Virus record (IMG/VR): IMGVR_UViG_2737471844_000002
Span: 10,565-74,564 of that record
Direction: 5' to 3' (one strand)
Length of the DNA: 64,000 nucleotides
Origin: a virus
Lineage: Duplodnaviria; Heunggongvirae; Uroviricota; Caudoviricetes
Part shown: one piece after another, positions 8,662 through 18,622 of the stretch
Numbering within the stretch: the first letter of the stretch is position 1
Layout: each line of letters begins with the position of its first letter
Made by a program: the position numbers and the translations under genes
The notes under the pieces: model-generated
What the model saw: the letters and a program-made list of their open reading frames with translations, nothing else
What the model was told of the DNA's origin: nothing
Databases searched by the model: none

Positions 8662-9402
8662 ATGCAAAAACAGATTATTGGTAACGCAACGTTGTATTGC
8701 GGTGATGTTCTTGATGTGCTGCCGGCGTTATCTGAACGTTTTGATGCCGTCATTACCGACCCGCCTTACAGCAGTGGTGGCACACACAAATCAGACCGCA
8801 GTATGGCCCCTTCGGACAAGTATGTCGGTCACACCCACTATGCCGAGTTCAGCGGGGATAACCGCGACCAGCGCAGCTGGGCATACTGGAGCACCCTGTG
8901 GATGTCCGGGGCTGCCCGCCTTGTGCGCCCCGGTGGTTATTTCATGGTGTTCAGTGACTGGCGACAGCTTCCCACCATGACCGACGTTTTTCAGGCCGGT
9001 GGTGTGCTGTGGCGTGGTCTGGTTGTCTGGGATAAAACGCAGGCTTCCCGTGCGCCACACACTGGCTATTTCCGGCATCAGGCCGAGTATGTGGTCTGGG
9101 GCAGCAACGGAAAACTCGACAAATGCCCGCACGGTGGCCCGTTCCCGGGTGTGATTACGCAGCGTGTTGTCCCGTCCGCAAAACTGCACATGACCGCAAA
9201 GCCGGTTCAGCTGATGGCCGAGCTGGTTAAACCGCTGGCACCGGATGCGCACGTTCTCGATCCGTTTATGGGAAGTGGCACCACCGCCATCCCTGTACTT
9301 GCCCGTGGCGGACGGTTTACCGGCATTGAAATGACTAACCAGTATTTTGATATCGCCTGCGCACGTATCGAAAAAGCGCAGGCAGAAGCAGCGCAGGTGT
9401 GA
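8662..9402 (+). CDS. DNA methyltransferase (amino-MTase, DPPY motif)
   Basis: 246-aa ORF with catalytic DPPYS motif preceding the AdoMet-binding DPFMGSGTT motif (beta-class order); sits between the small and large terminase genes. Confidence 0.75.
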   Translation: MQKQIIGNATLYCGDVLDVLPALSERFDAVITDPPYSSGGTHKSDRSMAPSDKYVGHTHYAEFSGDNRDQRSWAYWSTLWMSGAARLVRPGGYFMVFSDWRQLPTMTDVFQAGGVLWRGLVVWDKTQASRAPHTGYFRHQAEYVVWGSNGKLDKCPHGGPFPGVITQRVVPSAKLHMTAKPVQLMAELVKPLAPDAHVLDPFMGSGTTAIPVLARGGRFTGIEMTNQYFDIACARIEKAQAEAAQV

Positions 9403-9403
9403 C

Positions 9404-11044
9404 GTGGCAAAACGTAAACTTTCCATTAAAGAGTTTCAGAGAAGCCTGCAGGAGTACATCGCCAACCTCCGCCAGACCATCGAGGCTGAATGTCTGGGGT
9501 TCGATGTTAACCCGCAGGCCACACAGGCCCGCCGGGCGGCAGTCTGCGACCCGGTGACGGGCTACGATTATTTTGTCGAAAACTATTTTCCGCACTATGT
9601 CCGCAACCCGGCAAAAAGTGAGCTGCATAAATACCTGTTCAGCCGTCTGCCACAGGTTGTGGCAAGCCCGGACCCGGAGAACGACGCCATCGCCGCGCCC
9701 CGTGGTGAAGCAAAATCCACGCTGGTGACGCAGCTGTTTACCCTGTGGAACATTATCCGGGCCATTAAGCATTACCCGGTCATCATTATGGACAGTATCG
9801 ACCAGGCTTATCCGATGCTGGAAGCCATTAAGGCTGAACTGGAATTTAACCCCCGTTTAAAAAACGATTTCCCGGAAGTGTGCGGACAGGGCCGTGTCTG
9901 GCGTATGGGGACCATCGTCACGGCCAACAATATCAAGGTAACCGTTGCCGGTAGTGGTAAAAAACTGCGTGGTCTGCGCCACGGCCCGTACCGTCCTGAC
10001 CTGGTCATCCTCGACGACATCGAGAACGACGAGATGGTGCGTAACCCGGAGCAGCGCGACAAGCTGCATGACTGGCTCACCAGAACCGTGATGCCGCTGG
10101 GCGAGGCTGGCGGTAAAACCGATATTATTTATATCGGAACCATCCTGCATTACGACTCCGTGCTGTCGCGCACACTCAATAACCCGATGTGGAAAACGGC
10201 CCGCTTTAAGGCGGTCATTCAGTGGCCTGCCAACATGAAGCTGTGGGACGAGTGGGAAGAACTCATCCGCAACAAACAGCCAGAAGCGGCGGAGGCACTT
10301 TATCAGCAGAACGAAGCCGACATGCTCGCCGGGTCGGTGGTGTCATGGGCGGCGCGCCCACTGCTGGCGCTGATGAAAATCCGTGTCCGTGACGGTCACG
10401 ACACCTTTGATTCTGAATACCAGAACGACCCGGTCAGCGGTGAAGATGCGCTGTTTGCGGGCTGCATTAAGTTCTGGGTTAACCGTCTTGATGAATGGGT
10501 GTTTTATGGTGCTGTTGACCCCAGTCTCGGGAAGAAGAATAAAAACCGCGACCCGTCGGCCATTCTCGTGGGGGGCTTTAACCGTTTTACCGGCATTCTG
10601 GATGTGGTTGAAGCCGATATCCGCCGACGTCTGCCAAACAAACTTATCGAAGACGTGATTAAGTATCAGCGGGAATACCACTGTCTGTGCTGGTCGTTTG
10701 AGTCCGTCCAGTTTCAGGAGTTTCTGCGTACCGTGCTGGTTGAGCGTTCGGCGGCGCTGGGCGTGCCGGTTCCGGCGCTGCCGGTCATCCCGCTGGAGGA
10801 TAAGGCGCTGCGCATTGAGTCCCTTCAGCCGCATATGGCCAACGGCCTGATTCGTATCAGCCACACACATCAGACGCTGATTGACCAGCTGCGCCACTAC
10901 CCCAAAGCCGACCACGATGATGGCCCGGACTGTCTGCACATGCTGTGGACGCTGGCGGTATCGCGCAGCGCAAAATTTCAGATTCACACCCCACGCAGCA
11001 CCGGGCGTGACCGTGGCGGGCGTTTTGGTTCAGGAGGATGGTAA
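9404..11044 (+). CDS. terminase large subunit (Mu gp28-like)
   Basis: Large ORF; GTG 9404 chosen because it follows the MTase stop (the track ATG at 9347 overlaps the MTase); Mu-type terminase sequence character. Confidence 0.8.
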   Translation: MAKRKLSIKEFQRSLQEYIANLRQTIEAECLGFDVNPQATQARRAAVCDPVTGYDYFVENYFPHYVRNPAKSELHKYLFSRLPQVVASPDPENDAIAAPRGEAKSTLVTQLFTLWNIIRAIKHYPVIIMDSIDQAYPMLEAIKAELEFNPRLKNDFPEVCGQGRVWRMGTIVTANNIKVTVAGSGKKLRGLRHGPYRPDLVILDDIENDEMVRNPEQRDKLHDWLTRTVMPLGEAGGKTDIIYIGTILHYDSVLSRTLNNPMWKTARFKAVIQWPANMKLWDEWEELIRNKQPEAAEALYQQNEADMLAGSVVSWAARPLLALMKIRVRDGHDTFDSEYQNDPVSGEDALFAGCIKFWVNRLDEWVFYGAVDPSLGKKNKNRDPSAILVGGFNRFTGILDVVEADIRRRLPNKLIEDVIKYQREYHCLCWSFESVQFQEFLRTVLVERSAALGVPVPALPVIPLEDKALRIESLQPHMANGLIRISHTHQTLIDQLRHYPKADHDDGPDCLHMLWTLAVSRSAKFQIHTPRSTGRDRGGRFGSGGW

Positions 11045-11047
11045 TTA

Positions 11048-12643
11048 ATGGCACAGCTTGTTGATATTTACGGACGCCCGCTGAAACGTGAGGCACTCAA
11101 AACCACGCAGACGGTCAGAGTGGCGGAACGGCTGCGCATTTATCCAGACCACCCGTCGCGTGGTCTGAACATCAGAAAACTGCCGCGCATTCTGGAAGCC
11201 GCCGAGCGTGGTTATCTTCCTGCGCAGGCGATGCTGTTTGCGGATATGGAAGAGCGTGACGGGCACCTGTTCGCCGAGATGGAAAAGCGCAAAAAAGCGT
11301 TGCTGACGCTGGACTGGTCGGTGGAGCCGCCCCGCAATACCTCGAAGGCAGAAAAGGAGCTGGCCGCCGCCGTGGATGAATGGCTGCACGGCATCCCGGA
11401 CATGGAGGACATCATCCTCAACGGGATGACCAGTGTCGGTTACGGCTTCAGCTGTCAGGAAATCAGCTGGGCGTTCGTGGATAAAACGTGGTTACCGGAT
11501 GCGGTGACGCTGCGCCCGCATAACTGGTTCATTACCCTGCCGGAACACAATGACGAACTCCGGCTGGATGACGGCGGTCGCGGGGAAGACGGTAAGGACG
11601 GTTCCGCGCTGTGGCCGTTCGGCTGGCTGGTTCACCGTTACAACGCCCGGTCGGGATTTCTGGGTTCATCCGGTCTGTTCCGCGTACTGGTCTGGCCGTA
11701 TCTGTTCAAAAACTTTGCGCTGCGTGATATGGCGGAATTCCTGGAGATTTACGGCCTTCCGGCGCGTATTGCGTACTATGCACAGGGCACCAGTGACGAA
11801 GACCGGGACAACATTCTCGAAGCCCTGGTCAATCTGGGCCATGAAGCGGTGGCAGCCCTGCCGCAGGGTAACGAGATTGAGTTCAAGGAGGCCGCGTCCG
11901 GCGGACCGGAGGCGTTCATGTCGATGGTGGAATGGGCAGAGCGCACCACCTCAAAAGCAATTCTGGGCAGTACGCTGACCAGCCAGGCTGACGGTAAAAC
12001 CTCCACCAACGCGCTGGGTAATGTGCATAACGAGGTCCGGCACGACATTCTGGCCGCCGATGCGCGCCAGCTGTCCGGCATGTTCAGCAGCCTGATACAG
12101 ATGATGGCCAGCCTGAACGGCTGGCAGGATATCCCGCCACGCCGTCTGCCGCGTCTGGTGTTTGATGTGCAGCAGGAAGCCGACATTAAGGGCGTGGCGG
12201 AAGCCGTCAGTGTGCTGGTCAACAGTGTGGGGATGAAGGATATCCCGGCGTCGTGGGTGCGCAAAAAAACCGGTATCCCCACCCCGAAAGACGGCGAAGA
12301 GGTGCTGGTGCCGGTGGCACAGCGTCTCCCTGTGCAGGCGGGCCTCAGCCAGCTGCGTGAGCGGATGAATGTTGCCGCACTCAGTCAGCAGGACAACGGG
12401 GAGGACGACCTGGCACAGAACGCCATCGACCGGGCAGAGCTTCCGGCAGAGGCCATCGCGCAGGGGATGAACGAACTGGTGGCCCCACTGGTGCAGGCCA
12501 TACAGGAAGGCCGGGATGCAGACGAGGCCATGAACATACTGGCGGAAGCCTGGCCGGAACTGCCGGATGACACGCTGCGGCAGTTGCTGACGCAGGCATT
12601 CTTTGTGGCGGATATCTGGGGGCGACTGAATGCCGACAGCTGA
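11048..12643 (+). CDS. portal protein (Mu gp29-like, DUF935)
   Basis: 531-aa ORF immediately after the terminase; Mu-type portal sequence character. Confidence 0.8.
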   Translation: MAQLVDIYGRPLKREALKTTQTVRVAERLRIYPDHPSRGLNIRKLPRILEAAERGYLPAQAMLFADMEERDGHLFAEMEKRKKALLTLDWSVEPPRNTSKAEKELAAAVDEWLHGIPDMEDIILNGMTSVGYGFSCQEISWAFVDKTWLPDAVTLRPHNWFITLPEHNDELRLDDGGRGEDGKDGSALWPFGWLVHRYNARSGFLGSSGLFRVLVWPYLFKNFALRDMAEFLEIYGLPARIAYYAQGTSDEDRDNILEALVNLGHEAVAALPQGNEIEFKEAASGGPEAFMSMVEWAERTTSKAILGSTLTSQADGKTSTNALGNVHNEVRHDILAADARQLSGMFSSLIQMMASLNGWQDIPPRRLPRLVFDVQQEADIKGVAEAVSVLVNSVGMKDIPASWVRKKTGIPTPKDGEEVLVPVAQRLPVQAGLSQLRERMNVAALSQQDNGEDDLAQNAIDRAELPAEAIAQGMNELVAPLVQAIQEGRDADEAMNILAEAWPELPDDTLRQLLTQAFFVADIWGRLNADS

Positions 12644-13796
12644 CGATGTTGACCTGGGTTATGCGTATACCCTGAAACCGGAAGAAGCGATTACGTATTT
12701 CGAAAGCAAGGGATACGTTATCGGCTTCCGCTGGCACGATGTGAGGGACATCGCCAGTGCCCGGGCGTTCACGGTGGCAGGCGTGCTGAAACTGGATGTT
12801 CTGAAGGATATCCGTGATGGCCTGACGACGACACTGGCTGATGGCGGGACGTTCCGGGAGTTTGCAGCACAACTGGAACCACTGCTGGAATCAAAAGGCT
12901 GGCTGGGTAAAAAGCTGATTGTGGACGAGGACACCGGCGAACTGCACGGCAGACAGCTGACGCCGCGCCGGTTGCGCACGATATTTGATACCAACATTCA
13001 GTCCGCCTATAACGCCGGGCGTTATCAGCAACAGATGGCGAACGTGGCTGACCGGCCTTATTTTGAGCGCGTGGCGGTGATGGACCTTCACACCCGCCCG
13101 AAACACGCCGCCCTGAACGGTTTTACCGCCCGGGCGGATGACCCGGTCTGGGAGTATTTCTACGCGCCGGACGGATACGGATGCCGCTGCCGTATCCGGG
13201 CGCGTTCAGCGTCTGATGTGGAGAAATACGGCCTGACGGTGCAGAGCAGCGAGGGGCGGCTGGTTGAGGTTGAACAGGAATATGGTCAGCCGGGCCAGAC
13301 CATCAGAACGATGGGGCTGAAGATGCCGGACGGCTCCGTGTATACCGCCGACCCGGGCTTCGGATTTAATCCCGGTCGGGTGGCATGGCAGCCGGAACCG
13401 GAAAAATACGATTACCGCAGCGCCCGCCAGTATGTCACCGGCACTCTGACCGGGCCGGATTTTGCCCGGGGACTGGCGAACGTCAGCGAACTGGATGCGC
13501 GCCAGCGATATCCGCTGGCCATCCGTTCACCGGAACAGGTCGCCGCCACGGGCGCTGCACGGCAGACGGTAAACCTTACGGCTGATGTCATGAAGCGCCT
13601 CAGTGCAGCAGACACGCCCCCGACCGCCGCCGACTATGTGCTGATGCAGCAGACCATCGAACGGGCGGAGCATGTCACACAGGACGGCAACGCGTGGCGG
13701 TATGCGTTACAGTCGGGCGACCGCTGGTCGGTGGTGACGGTGGAGGATGACGCGCTGACAGACTGGGTTATGCAGGATACCCCGGAGGCATCATGA
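12630..13796 (+). CDS. head morphogenesis protein (Mu F-like)
   Basis: 388-aa ORF overlapping the portal stop; resembles the Mu F / minor head family. Confidence 0.7.
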   Translation: MPTADDVDLGYAYTLKPEEAITYFESKGYVIGFRWHDVRDIASARAFTVAGVLKLDVLKDIRDGLTTTLADGGTFREFAAQLEPLLESKGWLGKKLIVDEDTGELHGRQLTPRRLRTIFDTNIQSAYNAGRYQQQMANVADRPYFERVAVMDLHTRPKHAALNGFTARADDPVWEYFYAPDGYGCRCRIRARSASDVEKYGLTVQSSEGRLVEVEQEYGQPGQTIRTMGLKMPDGSVYTADPGFGFNPGRVAWQPEPEKYDYRSARQYVTGTLTGPDFARGLANVSELDARQRYPLAIRSPEQVAATGAARQTVNLTADVMKRLSAADTPPTAADYVLMQQTIERAEHVTQDGNAWRYALQSGDRWSVVTVEDDALTDWVMQDTPEAS

Positions 13797-14344
13797 GCAA
13801 CGGTAAACTGGATATTAAGATTGATTTAAGCGCGTATAACACCACGCTGGGGAAACTGATTCGTTCCGTGAAGGACCGGCGCGACCTGATGACTGCGCTT
13901 GCGGGTTCCATGCTGGATGCGGTTGAGACTAACCTGGAACAACAGGGTCGCCCGAAATGGATGGGCTGGAGTCCGGCTTATGCGAAGCGGCGCGGCCCCG
14001 GGCAAATCCTTCAGAAGTCCGGGCGACTGGCCGCCAGTATCCGCTCTGCGGTTAACAATAACGAGGCCACGGTCGGGACAAACGTCCGTTATGCCCGTAT
14101 CCACAACGAAGGCGGCGAAATCCGCCATCAGGCACGGACGCAGAACCTGTATTTTAAGCAGTATAAAAACGGCAGCGTCAGCACCCGCTTTGTGAAAAAG
14201 CGCAACAGTAATTTTGTACAGAGCGCAACGGTCGGAGCGTATACGGTCAACATGCCCGCGCGCCCCTTTCTTCAGCTTGTACAGGACGACATCGACGAGC
14301 TGGAGAACACCGCAAACCGCTATTTTGCGCGTGTGATTGACTGA
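13793..14344 (+). CDS. virion morphogenesis protein (Mu G-like)
   Basis: 183-aa ORF, ATGA overlap with upstream gene. Confidence 0.65.
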   Translation: MSNGKLDIKIDLSAYNTTLGKLIRSVKDRRDLMTALAGSMLDAVETNLEQQGRPKWMGWSPAYAKRRGPGQILQKSGRLAASIRSAVNNNEATVGTNVRYARIHNEGGEIRHQARTQNLYFKQYKNGSVSTRFVKKRNSNFVQSATVGAYTVNMPARPFLQLVQDDIDELENTANRYFARVID

Positions 14345-14499
14345 ATGGCCAGAAACGCGCTGTAATCGCCTTTGACGACATAAACGCCTCACGGATGAGG
14401 CATTACAGCACCGCACCCCATAAATGCCGTCAGAATCGTTTTTAAAAGGGTTTTAAAAACGGTTTTATTTCCCCTTTTATCCTTTCGCGTTATGGCAGG

Positions 14500-14523
14500 G
14501 TGCTGAACACCCTCCACAGTACC
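14500..14523 (+). promoter_or_regulatory. conserved late-operon element, copy 2 (upstream of head protease gene)
   Basis: gtgctgaacaccctccacagtacc in the 200-bp intergenic region after G. Confidence 0.45.
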
Positions 14524-14544
14524 CCGTGTTCCCCTTCCGTCATC

Positions 14545-15669
14545 ATGTCGCGTATGAAGATGAACATTGCGGCGTTAAGCCTCGAAATTACTAAAGCAAC
14601 CCACAGCGAAATCCAGCTGTTTCCGGCGGGCGAGTTCAGCGCGGTGGATGGTCGCCCGTATACCGATGAAATCGAAAGCGGTAAATGGGTGCTGACTGCT
14701 GAACTGGCCGCGCAGCTTGTCGCGCAGGTGGCCGCCCGTACCACGCCTTTTGTCATTGATTACGAACATCAGACGCTGCGCGCCGTAAACAACGGCAAGC
14801 CCGCCCCGGCGGCGGGCTGGTTCAGCCAGGTGGAATGGCGAGAAGGTGCGGGCCTGTATGCCATCGGTGTGGAGTGGACGGATAACGCGGCGGCCATGAT
14901 TGCCGCCGGTGAGTACAAGTTTATTTCCCCTGTTTTTGCCTACAACAAGCGCGGCGAAGTGCTGGAGCTGTTACACGCTGCGCTGACCAATACCCCTGCG
15001 CTCGACGGTATGGACGCGGTCATGCTGGCTGCGGCCAGCCGTCTGGCGAGTCTGTCAACTGAAACGGAGACCACAACGGTGGATGAAGAACTGTTAAACG
15101 ATTTGCTGTCCAGTCTGCGCTGGATGCTTAACCTCCCGGTTACCTCAACGGCGGAAGATATTAAAAGCGAGCTGCAAAAGGTCGTTGACATGATTTCGAA
15201 CGGTCAGGGAACGGCGGCGGCATCCGTCAGCCTGCTGACCCTGCTGAATCAGAAAGACGAGCAAATCGCCAGTCTGTCAGCAAATGCCTATGACCCGACG
15301 AAGCATATCCCTCTGACGGCATATGAAGAACTTCAGGGACGTTATGCCGTACTGGCGCAACAGTCCGGTGAGGCCGAAGCCGGGGCACTGATTCAGGCGG
15401 CGCTGTCTGACGGGCGACTGCTTCCGGCCCAGGAAGACTGGGCAAAAGATTACGCCAGCCGCGATATCAACGGCTTTAAGTCCTGGCTGGATAACGCACC
15501 GAAACTTGTTGCGCTCAGTCAGACCCAGACCGGCGGCAAACCACCCAAAACGCCGTCACCGGCCCCGGCGCAGATTAAAACCGGCGATGACGTCGATGTC
15601 GATATCGCCATTTGTTCCATGATGGGCGTTGATCCAGAGGATGTCGCCCGTTACGCAGGAGATGAGTAA
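14545..15669 (+). CDS. head protease / scaffold (Mu I-like)
   Basis: ATG 14545 within track ORF 14500-15669; resembles Mu I protease-scaffold; start may be 14554 or 14560. Confidence 0.7.
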   Translation: MSRMKMNIAALSLEITKATHSEIQLFPAGEFSAVDGRPYTDEIESGKWVLTAELAAQLVAQVAARTTPFVIDYEHQTLRAVNNGKPAPAAGWFSQVEWREGAGLYAIGVEWTDNAAAMIAAGEYKFISPVFAYNKRGEVLELLHAALTNTPALDGMDAVMLAAASRLASLSTETETTTVDEELLNDLLSSLRWMLNLPVTSTAEDIKSELQKVVDMISNGQGTAAASVSLLTLLNQKDEQIASLSANAYDPTKHIPLTAYEELQGRYAVLAQQSGEAEAGALIQAALSDGRLLPAQEDWAKDYASRDINGFKSWLDNAPKLVALSQTQTGGKPPKTPSPAPAQIKTGDDVDVDIAICSMMGVDPEDVARYAGDE

Positions 15670-16065
15670 ATGGATCGCAATACCCCCTACCGTGACGGCG
15701 AACTGAACCCGGTGCCGGTTGCCGCTGCGACCGAAATTTTTGGCGGTCATATGGTGGCCGTTAACGCCTCCGGTTATGCCGTTCCGGCCAGTGCCACGGC
15801 CTCACAGATTACGCTGGGCGTGTCTGATGGCTGGGTGGATAACAGCAAGGGCAGCGATGGCGACGCCACCGTTCTGGTGCGTTGCGGCAAAGCCTTTCTG
15901 ATGGCGAACAGCACCTCAGATCCGGTCACGCAATCGCAGGTCGGCAAGCTGTGCTACGTGGAAGACAGCGTGACCGTGGCAAAAACCGACAACAGCAGCG
16001 CCCGTCCTGTCGCCGGGAAAGTGATCGGCATCGGTGACGATGGCGTCTGGGTTCATTTCAGTTAA
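15670..16065 (+). CDS. hypothetical head-associated protein
   Basis: 131-aa ORF between protease and major head genes. Confidence 0.35.
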   Translation: MDRNTPYRDGELNPVPVAAATEIFGGHMVAVNASGYAVPASATASQITLGVSDGWVDNSKGSDGDATVLVRCGKAFLMANSTSDPVTQSQVGKLCYVEDSVTVAKTDNSSARPVAGKVIGIGDDGVWVHFS

Positions 16066-16075
16066 GGAGCGAAAC

Positions 16076-16984
16076 GTGATAGTCAACGTTAAAAACGTCA
16101 AACAGATTTTTATCAATCTGAAGGCCACCTTCCAGAAAGCCTTCGACCAGTCGCCAACTGACTGGCAGAAGGTGGCAATGGAAGTGCCATCAAACGGCAA
16201 GGAAAACGACTACAGCTGGTTAAGTCGTTTCCCGAAAATGCGCGAGTGGATTGGTGACAAGGTCGTCAAATCACTGGCGGCATTTAACTACACCATCCGT
16301 AACAAGGACTGGGAAGCCACGGTTGAAGTCGATCGTAACGACATCGAGGACGACCAGATTATGGGCTATGCCCTTCAGGCGAAAGGGGCCGGACAGTCGG
16401 CAGCAGAGCTACCGGCAGATATTGTGGCGTCCCTTATCAGTAACGGTTTTACCAATCCCTGTTACGACGGTCAGATGTTCTTTGATACCGACCACCTGGT
16501 CGCCGGTAAATCGGTGTCCAACAAAGGCACCAGAAAACTCAAAGTTGGCTCGCTTGCCGAGGCGAAAGCCTCCTACGGTACCGCCCGTACGGCCATGCGT
16601 AGTCTGAAAGATGACGAAGGCGCATCCCTCAAAATTCGCCCGAATCTGCTGGTTGTGCCACCGGCGCTGGAGGATGACGCGAACTACCTGATGACCGCCG
16701 AGAAGTTCCCGGACGGCACGCCGAACCCGTACCGCAATACCGCCGAAGTGCTGGTGATGCCGGAGCTGGCGTCGGATTCTGCGTGGTTCCTGTTTGACAC
16801 CACCAAACCGGTGAAACCGCTGATTTATCAGCTGCGTAAAAAGCCTGTTTTTGTGGAGCAGACGGACTACAACAGCGACAACGTGTTCAAGCGTAAGAAG
16901 TTCCTGTTTGGTGCCGAAGCGCGCTGTAACGGCGGTTACGGCTTCTGGCAGATGGCATTTGGTTCTGATGGTACGACGGAGTAA
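16076..16984 (+). CDS. major head subunit (Mu T-like)
   Basis: GTG 16076 preceded by aaggagcg SD; 302-aa product resembles Mu gpT. Confidence 0.75.
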   Translation: MIVNVKNVKQIFINLKATFQKAFDQSPTDWQKVAMEVPSNGKENDYSWLSRFPKMREWIGDKVVKSLAAFNYTIRNKDWEATVEVDRNDIEDDQIMGYALQAKGAGQSAAELPADIVASLISNGFTNPCYDGQMFFDTDHLVAGKSVSNKGTRKLKVGSLAEAKASYGTARTAMRSLKDDEGASLKIRPNLLVVPPALEDDANYLMTAEKFPDGTPNPYRNTAEVLVMPELASDSAWFLFDTTKPVKPLIYQLRKKPVFVEQTDYNSDNVFKRKKFLFGAEARCNGGYGFWQMAFGSDGTTE

Positions 16985-16987
16985 TGC

Positions 16988-17329
16988 ATGGAAAAGGTGA
17001 TTGAAATTACCGCCCGCCGTGAGGGTTTTCGCCGCTGCGGTGTGGCACACAGTGCAACCACGAAGGCATGGCCTGTGGATGCGTTCACCCCGGAACAGCT
17101 GGCGGTGCTGAAGGCTGACCCCATGCTGATTGTGGTGGAGCGCGATAAAGCGTCCGGCCAGAACGACGCGGCCCAAAGTGATGAACTGGCCGCACAGCTG
17201 GATGCCGAGCGTCAGAAAGTCAGCGAACTGACGGCGCAACTGGAAGAAGAACGCCAGAAAGTCAGTGAACTGACCGCACAGCTGAACGCCGCACAGAAAA
17301 CACAAAAAGCGGACAAAAAGGAGAAGTAA
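16988..17329 (+). CDS. hypothetical protein with tandem coiled-coil repeat
   Basis: 113-aa ORF; ERQKVSELTAQL is encoded twice in tandem. Confidence 0.35.
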   Translation: MEKVIEITARREGFRRCGVAHSATTKAWPVDAFTPEQLAVLKADPMLIVVERDKASGQNDAAQSDELAAQLDAERQKVSELTAQLEEERQKVSELTAQLNAAQKTQKADKKEK

Positions 17330-17332
17330 CCC

Positions 17333-17764
17333 ATGTCTTACGCCACACCGGAACAGTTCATCAGGGCGTTCAGTGAACGCGAGGCGCGCACACTGACAGA
17401 TGAAGACATGACGGGATTCATCGACGAAGAAAAGCTGGCCTCCGCGCTTGCGCGTGCCAGTGCCCAGATTGATGGCTATCTGGTGGGGCGTTACCGGACC
17501 CCGTGGCCTGACAGCCCGGGGATTCTGGTGGGTTACTGCTGCGATATCGCCCGCTATCACCTGGCGACCGATTACCGTATCAGCTCAGAAGAAATTCAGA
17601 TGCGCTACCGGGACGCCATCCGCTTTCTGGAGAAAGTCGCGGCAGGACAAATCAACCTCGGGCGGGATACGTCCGGCAGTGTGATCCAGTCATCGTCACA
17701 GGTGCGTATCCGCTCCGGCTCCCGTCAGTTCGGGCGTGAGTCCACGCGGGGAGGTGCATTCTGA
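17333..17764 (+). CDS. Mu gp36-like protein (DUF1320-like)
   Basis: 143-aa ORF in the conserved position after the major head gene. Confidence 0.55.
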   Translation: MSYATPEQFIRAFSEREARTLTDEDMTGFIDEEKLASALARASAQIDGYLVGRYRTPWPDSPGILVGYCCDIARYHLATDYRISSEEIQMRYRDAIRFLEKVAAGQINLGRDTSGSVIQSSSQVRIRSGSRQFGRESTRGGAF

Positions 17765-17817
17765 TTACTGAAATTGAACGGGCGCTGGTTGAGCGTCTGC
17801 GTTGTGGTCTGGGGCAT

Positions 17818-18399
17818 ATGGTGCGGGAAGTCCGCACCTATGCCGGTGAACTGGATGAAGACCCGGGCCGGATTGTTCGCAGCCTTCCGGCAGCCTGGGT
17901 GACGTTCGGTGGTATCGTGAAAACCGAACGCTATTCCACGTCACGCCGGAAATACATTGCCACCGGACGCTTTGTGGTTGTGGTGGGTGATTACAACACC
18001 CGCAGCGAACAGAGCGCCAGACAGGGAGGCACCGTCCGGGATGAGGTCGGGACAAACCAGCTGGTTGAATCCGTCCGTCGCCTGCTGACCGGTCAGGATT
18101 TGGGACTGGAGATTGATTATTTCGAACCCGGGCGGGTCAGGACGCTGTTTAACACCGGCGTGGCAGAGCGGGCAATGTCCGTGTTTGCCTGTGAGTTCGA
18201 TACCCGCTGGGTGGAGCACGCGCTGGAGAACGGCAAATGGCCGGAGCGTGGCGCAGAAGCGGACCGCCTCTTCAACCGCTACTACGGCAGGCTGTCAGAC
18301 CCTGCCCCGGATTTACTGCGAATTGGTACGCAATACGGTGCAGATATCTGTGGTCTGGATGAATTAAGAGAGCAACAGCATGAACAAAATGAAGGTTAA
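17818..18399 (+). CDS. Mu gp37-like protein (DUF1834-like)
   Basis: 193-aa ORF; the reading frame is open upstream to 17740 with no canonical start, so the N-terminus is uncertain. Confidence 0.5.
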   Translation: MVREVRTYAGELDEDPGRIVRSLPAAWVTFGGIVKTERYSTSRRKYIATGRFVVVVGDYNTRSEQSARQGGTVRDEVGTNQLVESVRRLLTGQDLGLEIDYFEPGRVRTLFNTGVAERAMSVFACEFDTRWVEHALENGKWPERGAEADRLFNRYYGRLSDPAPDLLRIGTQYGADICGLDELREQQHEQNEG

Positions 18400-18622
18400 G
18401 GCGGCTCCCGGGGTGAAGTTCCCGATGGAGGATAACGCCCGGAAATACATCACCACGGAAGCGGTGACCGTTGAGAACACCGCTTATTACCGGCGCGCCG
18501 TTCAGGACGGTGACCTGATTCTGGTGAAAGATGAGCCTGAAATCACCGTGACGGCTGAACAGGACGCCGTGCAGGTAAAAGCGAAGGCGAAGAGAGAGAA
18601 ACAGGTGGATTCCGATGAGTGA
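18380..18622 (+). CDS. Mu gp38-like protein (DUF2635-like)
   Basis: 80-aa ORF immediately before the sheath gene. Confidence 0.45.
   Translation: MNKMKVKAAPGVKFPMEDNARKYITTEAVTVENTAYYRRAVQDGDLILVKDEPEITVTAEQDAVQVKAKAKREKQVDSDE

Noticed and set aside
16409-17560. 383-aa ORF on the minus strand overlapping the major head and gp36-like genes, and similar long antisense ORFs (e.g. 8124-8753, 10343-10987, 41650-42972, 45605-46237)
   Set aside because: Each lies antisense to a gene with clear phage-family identity and conserved operon context. Long antisense ORFs are common in GC-balanced coding DNA, and these products are low-complexity (Arg/Gln/His-rich) without recognisable domains.
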